A DNA stretch of 64,000 bases from contig JAZUQQ010000014.1 of NCBI GenBank assembly GCA_045605765.1, forward strand, positions 4,076 to 68,075, read 5' to 3'. Below the pieces are notes generated by a model. The model saw only the letters and a program-made list of their open reading frames with translations. It searched no databases and was not told the DNA's origin. The translations under genes and the position numbers were made by a program. This DNA comes from Eubacteriales bacterium (lineage in GTDB: Bacteria > Bacillota > Clostridia > Oscillospirales > CAG-272). Below, piece by piece: positions 18,727 to 28,933 of this stretch; positions within the stretch are counted from its first letter, which is position 1, and each line of letters opens with the position of its first letter.

Positions 18727-19788
18727 ATGATATCAAATATAAAAGCTTTTACCGACCTTTCAGTCCACGATTTCTCGTACGAGCTTCCCGAGGAGCTGAT
18801 AGCTCAGGAGCCTGTCGAGCCTCGCGACTCTTCGCGTCTTATGGTGCTTGACCGCGAAAGTAAAACGGTACAGGATAAGAAATTCTGCGATATAGTTGAC
18901 TATATGAAAGAAGGCGACGTTCTAGTTATCAATGATTCGCGCGTAATTCCTGCACGTATTTTCGGAGAAAAAGAAGGAAGCGGAGCACCTATTGAGGTCG
19001 TTCTTCTCCGCCGCCGCGAAAGTGATCTCTGGGAAGTTCTTACTCGTCCGGGTAAAAAGACTAAGGTCGGTACTACCATTATATTCGGTGACTCGCTTCG
19101 TGCTCACGTCGAGGATGTAGTCGAGGGCGGAAACCGTATGCTTCGCTTTGAATACGACAAAACAAAGGAAGATTTCTTCTCGATAATCGACCGTCTCGGA
19201 ATGATGCCTCTGCCGCCTTATATCACAAAGCCGCTTGAAGATAAGGACCGTTATCAGACTGTGTACGCAAACGAGCGCGGAAGCGCGGCGGCACCCACGG
19301 CAGGACTGCATTTTACCACCGAGCTTCTCGAAAAAATAAAGGCTAAGGGTGTCAAGATAGCATCTGTCATGCTTCACGTTGGACTTGGAACTTTCAGACC
19401 TGTCAAGGTTGAGAAAATCGCAGAGCATACGATGCACAGTGAGTTTATAACGGTCAAGAAGGAAAGCGCGGATATAATAAATGAAGCACGCGAAAAGGGC
19501 GGTAGAATAATCGCTGTCGGAACCACATCCTGCCGCACGCTCGAAAGCGCGTCCGACGAAAACGGAGTCGTTCACCCTGTATGCGACGATACAAAAATAT
19601 TCATTTATCCCGGATATAAATTCAAAGCCACAGATGCGCTTATAACCAATTTCCATCTGCCAGAAAGCACGCTTATTATGCTCGTGTCTGCGCTTGCCGG
19701 ACGTGAGTTTGTAATGGATGCGTATAGGCAGGCAGTTGAAAGAAAATACCGTTTCTTTTCCTTCGGAGATGCGATGTTCATACAGTAA
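18727..19788 (+). CDS. queA: S-adenosylmethionine:tRNA ribosyltransferase-isomerase
   Basis: 353 aa with [14 protein letters not shown] and [10 protein letters not shown]. Confidence 0.93.
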   Translation: MISNIKAFTDLSVHDFSYELPEELIAQEPVEPRDSSRLMVLDRESKTVQDKKFCDIVDYMKEGDVLVINDSRVIPARIFGEKEGSGAPIEVVLLRRRESDLWEVLTRPGKKTKVGTTIIFGDSLRAHVEDVVEGGNRMLRFEYDKTKEDFFSIIDRLGMMPLPPYITKPLEDKDRYQTVYANERGSAAAPTAGLHFTTELLEKIKAKGVKIASVMLHVGLGTFRPVKVEKIAEHTMHSEFITVKKESADIINEAREKGGRIIAVGTTSCRTLESASDENGVVHPVCDDTKIFIYPGYKFKATDALITNFHLPESTLIMLVSALAGREFVMDAYRQAVERKYRFFSFGDAMFIQ

Positions 19789-19837
19789 AAACGCCATAAT
19801 TATCGAGTGTTTATTGATGTAGGAGAAAGTCGAGTGA

Positions 19838-20107
19838 AAAGTTCAGATATTTTCAGAGAAAAACGACGAGATCGCAAGAGTTATTCTAGAGGATTTTGAC
19901 CGCGGAATTACAGGCATACACTGCAAGGGCATGTACTCGGGCAAGGAGGGAATGATGCTTCTTTGCATGGTTGTGCCAAAACGGCTCCCGGATATAATAA
20001 ACAGAGTCAGAAACATAGACAGAGGCGCTTTCATAGTCGTAAACGATACAAAAGAGGTACTCGGACAGGGCTTCGCGCTTGAAAGCTCGTACGATAAGAT
20101 AAATTGA
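19838..20107 (+). pseudogene. Orphan DUF2179 (YitT-family C-terminal domain) fragment with no in-frame start codon
   Basis: The frame opens after the stop at 19835-19837. It reads FSEKNDEIARVILEDFDRGITGIHCKGMYSGKEGMMLLCMVVPKRLPDIINRVRNIDRGAFIVVNDTKEVLGQGF. The first ATG/GTG/TTG is internal. An RBS plus GTG at 19834 sits in a different frame. Confidence 0.5.
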
Positions 20108-20132
20108 AACGTCCGTAAATAAGGAGAAATTT

Positions 20133-21044
20133 GTGAAAAAAAGAGTTCTTGCAATAAGCGGACCGACCGCCGTCGGGAAGACCGCGCTTGCGCTCGCAGT
20201 CGCTCGCGAGCTTGATGGGGAGATAATCTCATGCGACTCGATGCAGATATACAAGGGAATGGACGTTGGAACGGCAAAGCCGACGAAAGAGGAGCTTTCT
20301 CTGGTGCGCCATCATATGATAGACGTTGTTTCTCCCGACGCAAGCTTTTCCTGTGCCGATTATAGGGCTATGGCTACAGAGGCGCTCCAAGATATAGCTT
20401 CGAGAGGCAAGATTCCGATATTTTGCGGAGGTACGGGACTTTATCTTGAAAGTGTGCTTTTTAACGGCGGATTTTCCGAAGCCCCTGCTAACCAAAATTT
20501 AAGAGAAATACTCGCGGCAAATACTCCTGAAGAAAATTGGGAACGTCTTATAAAAATTGACCCAGATGCGGCGGCAAAAACGCATATAAACAATCATATA
20601 AGAGTCATTCGTGCGCTCGAAATTTACGAGCTGACGGGTATTACCAAAACAGAGTGGGACAGACGTTCGAAGGAGAAAATATCCGATTATGATCCTCGCA
20701 TTTTGGTGCTTTTCGCCTCGGACAGAGAGATCCTCTACAACAGGATAAATAAAAGGGTGGACATTATGATCGAGCAGGGACTTGAAAGGGAAGTGAGAGA
20801 GCTTTCTCTTAAAAGATCATCGACTGCGGCACAGGCCATCGGATATAAGGAAATGTCAGAATATATCGACGGCAGATGTACGCTTGACGAGGCAATCGAT
20901 AAGATAAAACAAGCGAGCAGGAACTATGCAAAAAGACAGCAGACTTGGTGGAGAAGGTGCGAAAACGCAGCTATGGTGGATATTTGTAAGGAAAACTTTG
21001 AAAATATTGTAAACTTTGCGATTTCTCTTGCAAAAAATGATTGA
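20133..21044 (+). CDS. miaA: tRNA dimethylallyltransferase
   Basis: GTG start after AAGGAGA. GPTAVGKT P-loop, CDSMQIYKGMDVGTAKP and HHMIDV. Confidence 0.93.
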   Translation: MKKRVLAISGPTAVGKTALALAVARELDGEIISCDSMQIYKGMDVGTAKPTKEELSLVRHHMIDVVSPDASFSCADYRAMATEALQDIASRGKIPIFCGGTGLYLESVLFNGGFSEAPANQNLREILAANTPEENWERLIKIDPDAAAKTHINNHIRVIRALEIYELTGITKTEWDRRSKEKISDYDPRILVLFASDREILYNRINKRVDIMIEQGLEREVRELSLKRSSTAAQAIGYKEMSEYIDGRCTLDEAIDKIKQASRNYAKRQQTWWRRCENAAMVDICKENFENIVNFAISLAKND

Positions 21045-21104
21045 TATATAGAAAAATATATGTTATAATAATTAAATAATTTGGAAGTGTAACGGTGATG
21101 ATAT

Positions 21105-22340
21105 ATGGATACAGCTTATATAAAGAGAATAGGTTTTTACCTTTTGCTTGCCCTGCTTGCGCTTGCGCTTATAATCAGTCTTGTATATCACGCTTTTGAC
21201 GGACTTTCAGATGACCTTGAGCTCATGTTTTTGAAAAAAATCAATTACTCGGAAACGCTTGAAATGAAGGCTTATCTCTCGCTTAGTGAGCATCCGATAT
21301 CAGGAAGCATTGAGAAAGATGCGGTTCTCGAATATGCTTCGGGAGAAAATGCTCTCATATCAAAAGGGGATACCGTAGTGAGGGTCTACTCACAGGATGC
21401 CGATGCTTCTTTGATAGAGAAAATAAAAGGACTCAAAGAAAAGATAGAGTTTTGTCAAAAAGTGTCGTTGTACGTGTCAAGAGAGAGCGTAGAACGCCTC
21501 AAAACACAGATAGAAAAGTGTGAGAAGGATATTTCCGCAGCTACCGATCTCGGTAAGAAAAACGAGCTTCGCGACGAGCTTCAAGTGCTTCTTGCCGCGC
21601 ACGCAGCAAAGATGGATGCCTCTGTGAATTATTCGGATATCATAAGAGGTTACGAAAAAGAGATAAGCTCTGCATACGAAGCGCTTGGAAAAGCGAAGGC
21701 TGAATATACCTCAGATATAAACGGAGCGTATTTTGCAGAGTGCGACGGATATGAGAGTATGTTCAATTGGGATGATATCTCCAAGGGTGGTCTCGACCTG
21801 CTTTACGACGCAGTCTCGGAAGGCAGAGCCTCGCAAAACATCGGAAAGCTCGGAAAGGTTGCTGATATGAACTCTTGGCGGCTTGTGTGTATCACTGACA
21901 AGGAAAGCTCTCTCAGGACTATTAAAGGAAAGCGACTTAACGTTACACTCGGTGCCTCGGGGAACACTTACACGCTTACTGTCGAACGCGTGGTTACCGA
22001 AAGAGATAGCGATAAAGCGGTGGTTATATTTTCTTCATCGCTTATGCTTGACAGCGACGATTACGCTCATTTTCAGACAGTCAAGGTTGCTGTCAGCAGT
22101 GTAAACGGATATAAGATACCGATAAGCGCGGTCAGGTACGTGAACGGCGTTTCTGGGGTTTACGTGCTTCGCGGAAGTATGGTAAGATTTCGTCAGATAG
22201 ATATAGTCGGATCTGGCGAAGGATTCATCGTGGCGGCAACGAGCGTTTCGCAGGTTGCCGAGGGCGTTTCTGTACTCAACAGATACGACCGCATAATCGT
22301 TCGCGGACATAATCTGTATGATAGGAAAGTAATAGTATAA
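21105..22340 (+). CDS. HlyD-like membrane-fusion-type protein (N-terminal TM, central coiled coil, beta-rich C-terminus)
   Basis: The architecture was read from the sequence. Family assignment is tentative. Confidence 0.4.
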   Translation: MDTAYIKRIGFYLLLALLALALIISLVYHAFDGLSDDLELMFLKKINYSETLEMKAYLSLSEHPISGSIEKDAVLEYASGENALISKGDTVVRVYSQDADASLIEKIKGLKEKIEFCQKVSLYVSRESVERLKTQIEKCEKDISAATDLGKKNELRDELQVLLAAHAAKMDASVNYSDIIRGYEKEISSAYEALGKAKAEYTSDINGAYFAECDGYESMFNWDDISKGGLDLLYDAVSEGRASQNIGKLGKVADMNSWRLVCITDKESSLRTIKGKRLNVTLGASGNTYTLTVERVVTERDSDKAVVIFSSSLMLDSDDYAHFQTVKVAVSSVNGYKIPISAVRYVNGVSGVYVLRGSMVRFRQIDIVGSGEGFIVAATSVSQVAEGVSVLNRYDRIIVRGHNLYDRKVIV

Positions 22341-22348
22341 GGCGCGTT

Positions 22349-23071
22349 ATGACAGAACAATATAAGCAAACGCTTGCCGACAATTTCGTTCGGCTTGAAG
22401 AAAATATAAAAAAACATACGAAAAACGGAGTTTTTCCGAAGGTGGTCGCCGCAACCAAAACGGTAGACCCGGAGGTCATAAACTATGCCGCTGAGCATTT
22501 CGGACTTACCGACATAGGCGAGAACCGAGTTCAGGAGCTTCTTTCGAAATATGACGCTCTTGATAAGGATCGCTTGAATATTCATTTCATTGGACATTTG
22601 CAGAAAAACAAGGTCAAATATATCATTGGCAAGGTCTGTCTGATACATTCGCTTGATTCGGTCGGACTTGCTATTGAAATAGAGAAGCAGTCTGCAAAGC
22701 GCGGTATCGTTACCGACGTGCTTGTCGAGGTCAATATCGGCGCGGAGGAAAATAAAAGCGGAGCAGATATTTCCGAGGTTTATGAGATAGTCGAAAAGCT
22801 CTCCGAGCTTCCTCACGTTCGCCTGCGCGGAATGATGACGGTGGGACCTAAATGCAGTGATTTTGAAGAGTACAAGCGGTATTTTGAAAAGACATACTCA
22901 CTTTTTTCTGAAATTTTCCTTGACAAGGCGAGTGAAAAGGATCATAATATAGAGGATAATCTTCTGTCTATGGGAATGTCAGATTCCTATGTGGCGGCAC
23001 TCGAATGCGGAGCGAACCTTATAAGACCGGGATCTTGTCTCTTTGGGGTGAGAGATTACGGCGAAAAATAA
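22349..23071 (+). CDS. yggS: YggS/YlmE family pyridoxal-phosphate homeostasis protein
   Basis: VVAATKTV, IGENRVQE and HFIGHLQKNKVKY. Confidence 0.88.
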   Translation: MTEQYKQTLADNFVRLEENIKKHTKNGVFPKVVAATKTVDPEVINYAAEHFGLTDIGENRVQELLSKYDALDKDRLNIHFIGHLQKNKVKYIIGKVCLIHSLDSVGLAIEIEKQSAKRGIVTDVLVEVNIGAEENKSGADISEVYEIVEKLSELPHVRLRGMMTVGPKCSDFEEYKRYFEKTYSLFSEIFLDKASEKDHNIEDNLLSMGMSDSYVAALECGANLIRPGSCLFGVRDYGEK

Positions 23072-23146
23072 GAGCAAAATCGAATATTTTTGCGCTCGGA
23101 GCGCTGAAAAATATATTAAAAACAAAATCAATTTTGGAGGTACGTT

Positions 23147-23656
23147 ATGGCACTCAAAGATGTAAAAAACGTGTTCAACAAGATCTTTTCTTCTGAGGAA
23201 GAGGAGGAAATACAAAGCTATAATTCGGACGAGTACGAGGACGAGGCGGCAAACGAATATCAGGCAAAGCCCGAGAGCACTCCCGCAGCAAGCGCGCCCG
23301 AGGCAACTCCCGTTGCAAAGCGTGAGACGATAGCAAAGGCGGCAGACGCTTCCTTCGAGCTTAAGGTAGTCAAGCCTGAAAACTTCGCTTCGGTAGGTCA
23401 GATAGCAGACCATCTTATCAATAGAAGAACGGTAGTTTTAAACCTTGAATCGACCTCGAAGGAAACTTCGAGAAGAATAATCGACTTCCTTAACGGAGTT
23501 GCATACACTCTCGACGGACAGATCAAGGCGGTCGCGAACAATACTTACGTTATAACCCCCAGTCACGTTGATATATCGGGCGAATCTCTGACAGAGAGCA
23601 AGCCCGCGGCAGCCGTTACTCAGGCGGCAGACGATTCGGGATTTGGCGGATTCTAA
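23147..23656 (+). CDS. sepF: Cell division protein SepF
   Basis: The C-terminal domain reads VVKPENFASVGQIADHLINRRTVVLNLE...IDFLNGVAYTLDG. Acidic N-terminal linker. Confidence 0.88.
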   Translation: MALKDVKNVFNKIFSSEEEEEIQSYNSDEYEDEAANEYQAKPESTPAASAPEATPVAKRETIAKAADASFELKVVKPENFASVGQIADHLINRRTVVLNLESTSKETSRRIIDFLNGVAYTLDGQIKAVANNTYVITPSHVDISGESLTESKPAAAVTQAADDSGFGGF

Positions 23657-23683
23657 TTAAAACTCAAACAGGAGCCACTGAAC

Positions 23684-23968
23684 TTGGATTACCTCATTTA
23701 TTTCGTCGTTTATTTCGTTTACGGCATAATTTTCGTTCTGCAAGGGCTTATGCTTGTAAGAGCAATAAGCTCTTGGTTTGTGCAGGACGAGGGATCGCGA
23801 TTTTACGATTTTCTCTACTATGCGACAGAGCCTGTCATATATCCGGTCAGACGCCTGCTTCATAAATTGGGGCTTGCAGGCGACGGTATGATGATAGATA
23901 TTTCCTTTCTCGTGACCGTAATACTTCTTTCGATCGTGCAGATGATCCTGCCGACGGTGAGACTTTAA
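23684..23968 (+). CDS. yggT: YggT family membrane protein
   Basis: 94 aa with a TTG start and two TM segments. Sits in the canonical position after sepF. Confidence 0.75.
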   Translation: MDYLIYFVVYFVYGIIFVLQGLMLVRAISSWFVQDEGSRFYDFLYYATEPVIYPVRRLLHKLGLAGDGMMIDISFLVTVILLSIVQMILPTVRL

Positions 23969-23971
23969 AAA

Positions 23972-24760
23972 ATGGGAAGGTCGTACGAAAATGCGGCGGC
24001 AGATGAAAAGCTGCTTTATGCCAAAATAGACGATATGATAGACAAGGCCGCAAGAGGACGTCTTGCTTCAAGCGGCTTTCTTACTCCGTCCGAGGTGCTT
24101 CTCGCAGAAAAATATCTGACTTACGGAAAATTTTCCTGTAATTGGGCACTTTACGGCGGATATGCGGACGCCGAGCGAAAAATACTCGTCGTTCTTCCCG
24201 ATTATCTCGATATCGAATGTCTTGATACAGACGAGCTTTTTCGCGCAGTTCTGATAAAGAATTCCGGACACGTCGATCTTGATCACAGATCGTATCTCGG
24301 GGCGCTTATGAATCTCTCGATAAAGAGGGAAACGCTTGGGGATATTATACTTCTATCCGACGGTGCGGTGGTTTTCTGCATGCTTCCGGTCGCCGCGATG
24401 CTTATGAGTGAGCCCTCGCCGCTTGAAAGGGTAGGGCGAGATAAAGTGTCGGTGTCTTATGCAGAAAAAGAGCTTTTTGCCGATTTTATGAGGGAATATG
24501 AAATGTTATCGGTGATAATGGCGTCACTGCGCCTTGACTGCGCGGTGGCATCTCTGTCAAACTGCTCGCGTGCGATTGCACAGGAAAAGGTATTGCGCGG
24601 ACTCGTTCAGAAAAATTACCGCGAGGAAACGTCGGTGAGCGCAGAGATAGCGCAGGGGGACACTCTTTCGATAAGAGGAGTCGGAAAATTTATAATAAAC
24701 GCGGTCTGCGGCGAAACGAGAAGCGGCAGACTAAAAGTAGAGGTCAGGCGATACGTTTGA
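23972..24760 (+). CDS. ylmH: YlmH-like RNA-binding (S4 domain) protein
   Basis: Size, position in the ylm cluster and a C-terminal S4-like segment. Confidence 0.7.
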   Translation: MGRSYENAAADEKLLYAKIDDMIDKAARGRLASSGFLTPSEVLLAEKYLTYGKFSCNWALYGGYADAERKILVVLPDYLDIECLDTDELFRAVLIKNSGHVDLDHRSYLGALMNLSIKRETLGDIILLSDGAVVFCMLPVAAMLMSEPSPLERVGRDKVSVSYAEKELFADFMREYEMLSVIMASLRLDCAVASLSNCSRAIAQEKVLRGLVQKNYREETSVSAEIAQGDTLSIRGVGKFIINAVCGETRSGRLKVEVRRYV

Positions 24761-24775
24761 GATATCCTCTAAAAG

Positions 24776-25519
24776 ATGGCTATGAAAGGAGATGACGGTG
24801 TGCTTCCGCCTTATGAACTTCAAAAAAAGAAATTTTCAAAAGCAATAAAGGGTTACAGTACCGCCGAGGTGGACGAGCATCTGGCTTTCGTTACTGCAAA
24901 ATATACAGAGCTTTATACCGCGTACAACGAGCTCGAATGTCGACTGAGAAAGGTTGAGGCAGAGCTTGGTGTTTGCCGGAAAAACGAAGAGATGGCAGAG
25001 CGCGCTATGCTTGCGGCACAGACAGAATCTCAGAAAATAATTGACGAGGCAAAAAGCAAGGCTCAAAGCATAAGAGATGCTGCAAAAAGCGAGACTGACC
25101 GAATACTCCACGAATTTCAGGAGCAGGTAAAGAGTCAGAAAGACGCGCTGAGGATAATGCGTGCGCGTGTGGTTGAATTCAGAAACAATATTTACAGTCA
25201 ATATCATCAGCATATAGAATTTCTCGAATCGATAATCCCCGAGCTCGGACAAGATGAAGACGACTGGAATCTCGAAGATGAGGAATATGTCACCATGGCT
25301 GTTCATCAGATACGGCTTGATGTTGCAAAGGGAGAAAACGACGGTGCATTAAGCGGTCAGGCAAACGGTGCGTCCGCGAAAAATCCTTTTGAAGATGAAA
25401 TGCTCGAAAGAATGGTTTCTGAAAGAGAGAATTTCAGAGGTATCGGACAGATGCCGCTGGGATACGGTATCGGCGAGGAGCCCCTCGTTGACGTAAGAAA
25501 AAAGAAGAAAGAAAACTAA
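24776..25519 (+). CDS. divIVA: DivIVA domain-containing protein
   Basis: The N-terminal domain reads LPPYELQKKKFSKAIKGYSTAEVDEHL and is followed by a coiled coil. An alternative GTG start at 24800 has a better SD. Confidence 0.85.
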   Translation: MAMKGDDGVLPPYELQKKKFSKAIKGYSTAEVDEHLAFVTAKYTELYTAYNELECRLRKVEAELGVCRKNEEMAERAMLAAQTESQKIIDEAKSKAQSIRDAAKSETDRILHEFQEQVKSQKDALRIMRARVVEFRNNIYSQYHQHIEFLESIIPELGQDEDDWNLEDEEYVTMAVHQIRLDVAKGENDGALSGQANGASAKNPFEDEMLERMVSERENFRGIGQMPLGYGIGEEPLVDVRKKKKEN

Positions 25520-25574
25520 CCCACCTTAAATAACTTAGGATAAAAGACTAACATACAAAGGAGTTTCCATAAAA

Positions 25575-28370
25575 ATGGCTAAGGATTACACAAGTACACT
25601 TAATCTGCCGCAGACGAATTTTTCGATGCGTGCAAATCTTCCCCAAAGAGAGCCCGAAACTATCAAATACTGGAATGATATAGGACTTTACGAGCTTCTC
25701 GATAAAAATGGAGCCGACAAGCCTCTTTTTGAGCTTCACGACGGTCCCCCCTTTTCGAACGGAAAGCTTCATATGGGACACGCGCTCAACAAGATACTTA
25801 AAGACTTCATAAACAAATCAAAGGTAATGGGCGGATATCGCATCTCCTTCATTCCCGGTTGGGATAACCACGGTATGCCTATCGAGAGTGCTATAATAAA
25901 AAAGAATAAGCTCGACAGAAAGAAGATGTCGATACCCGAGTTCAGAAACGCTTGTCAGGATTTCGCACAGGATTTCGTAAACATTCAGCGCGACCAGTTC
26001 ATTCGTCTCGGTATCGTTGCCGATTGGGATAATCCTTATCTCACTATGGATCCGAAATTCGAGGAGCGCGAGGTAAAGGTCTTTGGCGAAATGTTCCGCA
26101 AGGGATATATCTATAAAGGGCTTAAACCGGTATATTGGTGTCCTCACGACGAGACAGCGCTTGCAGAGGCGGAGATCGAGTATCAGACCGATAAATGTAC
26201 CTCTATCTACGTTAAATTCAGAGTGTGCGACGGACTCGGCAAGCTGGATGAGTCAAGACTCGATAAGACCTATTTCATAATCTGGACGACCACCCCTTGG
26301 ACTCTCCCCGGAAACCTCGCTATCGCGGTAAATCCTGACGAAATCTACGTGGTTGTCAGAAATAACGAAAAGGACGAGGATTACATTGTTGCAAAGGCTT
26401 TGCTAGAAAAGACGATGAAGGACGGCGGCGTTGCCGATTACTCTGTCGTTTCCGAAATAAAAGGTAGAGAGCTCGAGCTTATGAAAGCAGCTCACCCCTT
26501 CCTTGACAGAGAGAGCGTGCTCCTGCTTGCAGATTACGTCACGATGGATAGCGGTACGGGATGCGTTCATACTGCTCCCGGATTCGGTGCAGACGACTAT
26601 ATCACCTGCAAGAAATATAATATGGATATTATTGTTCCTGTTGACGACAGAGGTTATCAGACTGCCGATGCGGGCAAGTTCGCAGGAATGTACTACGAGG
26701 AGTCCAACAAGGCAATACTTGACGATATGACCGAGAGCGGCGCACTCTTTGCATCCGAGGTCATTGAGCACGAATATCCTCACTGTTGGAGATGTAAGCA
26801 TCCGATCATCTTCCGTGCAACCCCTCAGTGGTTCTGCTCGGTAGATGCGTTTAAGGGTCAGGCGGAAAAGGCTTGCGAGGACGTTGAGTGGATCCCCGCT
26901 TGGGGCGGAGACCGTATCTCGCAGATGGTACGAGAGAGAGCAGACTGGTGTATCTCGCGTCAGCGTCATTGGGGGCTTCCCATTCCTGTATTCTACTGTG
27001 AGGATTGCGGCAAGGCGATCTGCAACGAGGATACTATAAACTCGGTCGCAAAGCGTTTCGGCGAAAAGGGCTCGAACAGCTGGTACGAAGACAGCGCAGA
27101 GGCACTACTCCCCGAGAACTACTGCTGTCCCCACTGCTCCTCCAAGAAATTTGTAAAAGAAACCAATACCCTCGACGGCTGGTTTGATTCGGGATCAAGC
27201 CATTTCGCAGTTCTTGAAGGCGATAAGAAGGGCAAGTGGCCGGCAGACCTCTATCTTGAAGGTGCCGACCAGTACAGAGGTTGGTTCCAGTCCTCGCTCC
27301 TTACGGCAGTTGCCGCAGGCGGCGAGGGTGCGCCCTTCAAGGCAGTCCTCACTCACGGCTGGACTGTTGACGGTGAAGGCAAGGCGATGCACAAGTCGCT
27401 CGGAAACACGATAGCTCCCGACGAGATCGTAAACAAGTATGGCGCAGAGCTCGTTCGTCTTTGGGTAGCATCGAGTGATTACCGAGTTGACGTTCGTGTT
27501 TCGGATAACATATTCAAGCAGCTCTCCGAAACCTACCGTAAGATCAGAAATACGGCAAGAATTCTTATGGCTAACCTTAACGGCTTTGAGCCCGACAGAG
27601 ATCTTCTTCCTGCCGACAAGCTTATGGATATTGATAAGTGGGCGCTCTCGCGTATGAACAAGCTTGCAAAGGCGGCAAGAGAGGCTTACGATAACTATGA
27701 GTTCCATATCATCTATCACGGCGTAAATAACTTCTGTACGACCGATATGTCCAAGCTCTACGTTGACATTACCAAGGACAGAGTTTACACGGAAAAGGCG
27801 GATAGCGAGGCACGCCGCTCGGCACAGAGTGCTATGTGGTATATCCTCTCATCTCTCACCCGTCTTATCGCTCCCCTCATTTCCTTCACCGCAGAGGAGA
27901 TCTGGCAACAGATGCCTCACCTCTCTACCGACAAGAAGGAAAGCGTATTCCTTTGCGATATGCCCGCGTATGACGAGAAATGGGATTTCAGCGAGCTTGA
28001 AGACAGATGGAACAAGCTCTTCGATCTCCGTGACGACGTTATGAAGGCACTCGAAATTGCGCGTGCTAATAAGCTCGTTGGAAAGTCGCTTGACGCCAAG
28101 GTAACCCTATATCTTTCGGACGAGATCAGAGATTTTGTCGCTTCGTTCGGCGATATGCTTCCCACCGTATTCATCGTTTCGGACGTCTGCCTTGAAGGCG
28201 CGAATGCTCCCGAGGGTGCGCACACCGAAACCGAAAGCGGAATAGGAGTGCTCGTTGAGGCGGCAGAAGGTCAGAAGTGCGACCGTTGCTGGATGTTCAC
28301 CAAGACTCCCGTCACCGACGGAGAAGGCTGCCTCTGCCCGCGTTGCGCTAAGATAATCGAAAGCTTATGA
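25575..28370 (+). CDS. ileS: Isoleucine--tRNA ligase
   Basis: 931 aa with a HIGH-type PFSNGKLHMGHAL motif, KMSKS-type KMHKSLGN and a C-terminal CDRCW...CPRC zinc finger. Confidence 0.96.
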   Translation: MAKDYTSTLNLPQTNFSMRANLPQREPETIKYWNDIGLYELLDKNGADKPLFELHDGPPFSNGKLHMGHALNKILKDFINKSKVMGGYRISFIPGWDNHGMPIESAIIKKNKLDRKKMSIPEFRNACQDFAQDFVNIQRDQFIRLGIVADWDNPYLTMDPKFEEREVKVFGEMFRKGYIYKGLKPVYWCPHDETALAEAEIEYQTDKCTSIYVKFRVCDGLGKLDESRLDKTYFIIWTTTPWTLPGNLAIAVNPDEIYVVVRNNEKDEDYIVAKALLEKTMKDGGVADYSVVSEIKGRELELMKAAHPFLDRESVLLLADYVTMDSGTGCVHTAPGFGADDYITCKKYNMDIIVPVDDRGYQTADAGKFAGMYYEESNKAILDDMTESGALFASEVIEHEYPHCWRCKHPIIFRATPQWFCSVDAFKGQAEKACEDVEWIPAWGGDRISQMVRERADWCISRQRHWGLPIPVFYCEDCGKAICNEDTINSVAKRFGEKGSNSWYEDSAEALLPENYCCPHCSSKKFVKETNTLDGWFDSGSSHFAVLEGDKKGKWPADLYLEGADQYRGWFQSSLLTAVAAGGEGAPFKAVLTHGWTVDGEGKAMHKSLGNTIAPDEIVNKYGAELVRLWVASSDYRVDVRVSDNIFKQLSETYRKIRNTARILMANLNGFEPDRDLLPADKLMDIDKWALSRMNKLAKAAREAYDNYEFHIIYHGVNNFCTTDMSKLYVDITKDRVYTEKADSEARRSAQSAMWYILSSLTRLIAPLISFTAEEIWQQMPHLSTDKKESVFLCDMPAYDEKWDFSELEDRWNKLFDLRDDVMKALEIARANKLVGKSLDAKVTLYLSDEIRDFVASFGDMLPTVFIVSDVCLEGANAPEGAHTETESGIGVLVEAAEGQKCDRCWMFTKTPVTDGEGCLCPRCAKIIESL

Positions 28371-28933
28371 TGCTTTATATCTATATTGCGGTAGTCGTGA
28401 TCTCGGTCATTATTGACCAGATCACGAAATACGCAGTTGCTTTAAATATGGCAGAGGGACAGTCGATACCACTTATTGAGAACGTTCTCCATCTCACGTA
28501 CGTTACAAACGACGGTGCCGCTATGGGAATGATGGACGACTACCGCTGGGTGTTTATGACCGTCTCGACGGTCGCGCTCATCGGAATATCCGTCTGGATC
28601 TGCATTTGTCATAAAAAAATATCAAAGCTTTCGGGCATCGCATTTTCGATGGTCGTCGGCGGCGGTATCGGCAATATGATAGACCGCGTCTTCAACGGAG
28701 ATGTGTTTGGCGACGGAGTGGTTATTGATTTTATTGATTTCTGCGCGTTTCCCGAAATCTGGAAATGGATATTCAACGTTGCAGACTCCTTTGTCTGTGT
28801 CGGAGTAGGACTCGCCGTGCTTGATATTGTTCTCGACGAGATCAGAAGATATAAGCAGTCGAAGGCGCAAAAGACCGCTACGGTCGAAGGCTCGGAGAAG
28901 GAAACCGAAGCTACGAAAAAAGAGGAAAAATAA
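28367..28933 (+). CDS. lspA: Signal peptidase II (lipoprotein signal peptidase)
   Basis: Four TM segments with NDGAAMG and GNMIDRV...VIDFIDF motifs. Overlaps the ileS stop by 4 nt. Confidence 0.9.
   Translation: MMLYIYIAVVVISVIIDQITKYAVALNMAEGQSIPLIENVLHLTYVTNDGAAMGMMDDYRWVFMTVSTVALIGISVWICICHKKISKLSGIAFSMVVGGGIGNMIDRVFNGDVFGDGVVIDFIDFCAFPEIWKWIFNVADSFVCVGVGLAVLDIVLDEIRRYKQSKAQKTATVEGSEKETEATKKEEK

Noticed and set aside
19843-20343. A 166-aa minus-strand ORF spanning the queA-miaA spacer and the miaA 5' end.
   Set aside because: It overlaps the miaA coding start and lies antisense to the DUF2179-like frame. Its Ser/Arg/Pro-rich translation has no motif.
25520-25574. Looked for T-box leaders upstream of ileS (25520-25574) and argS (38352-38513).
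   Set aside because: The ileS spacer is only 55 nt. The argS upstream region has no GGGUGGNACCGCG-type sequence or Stem I signature.
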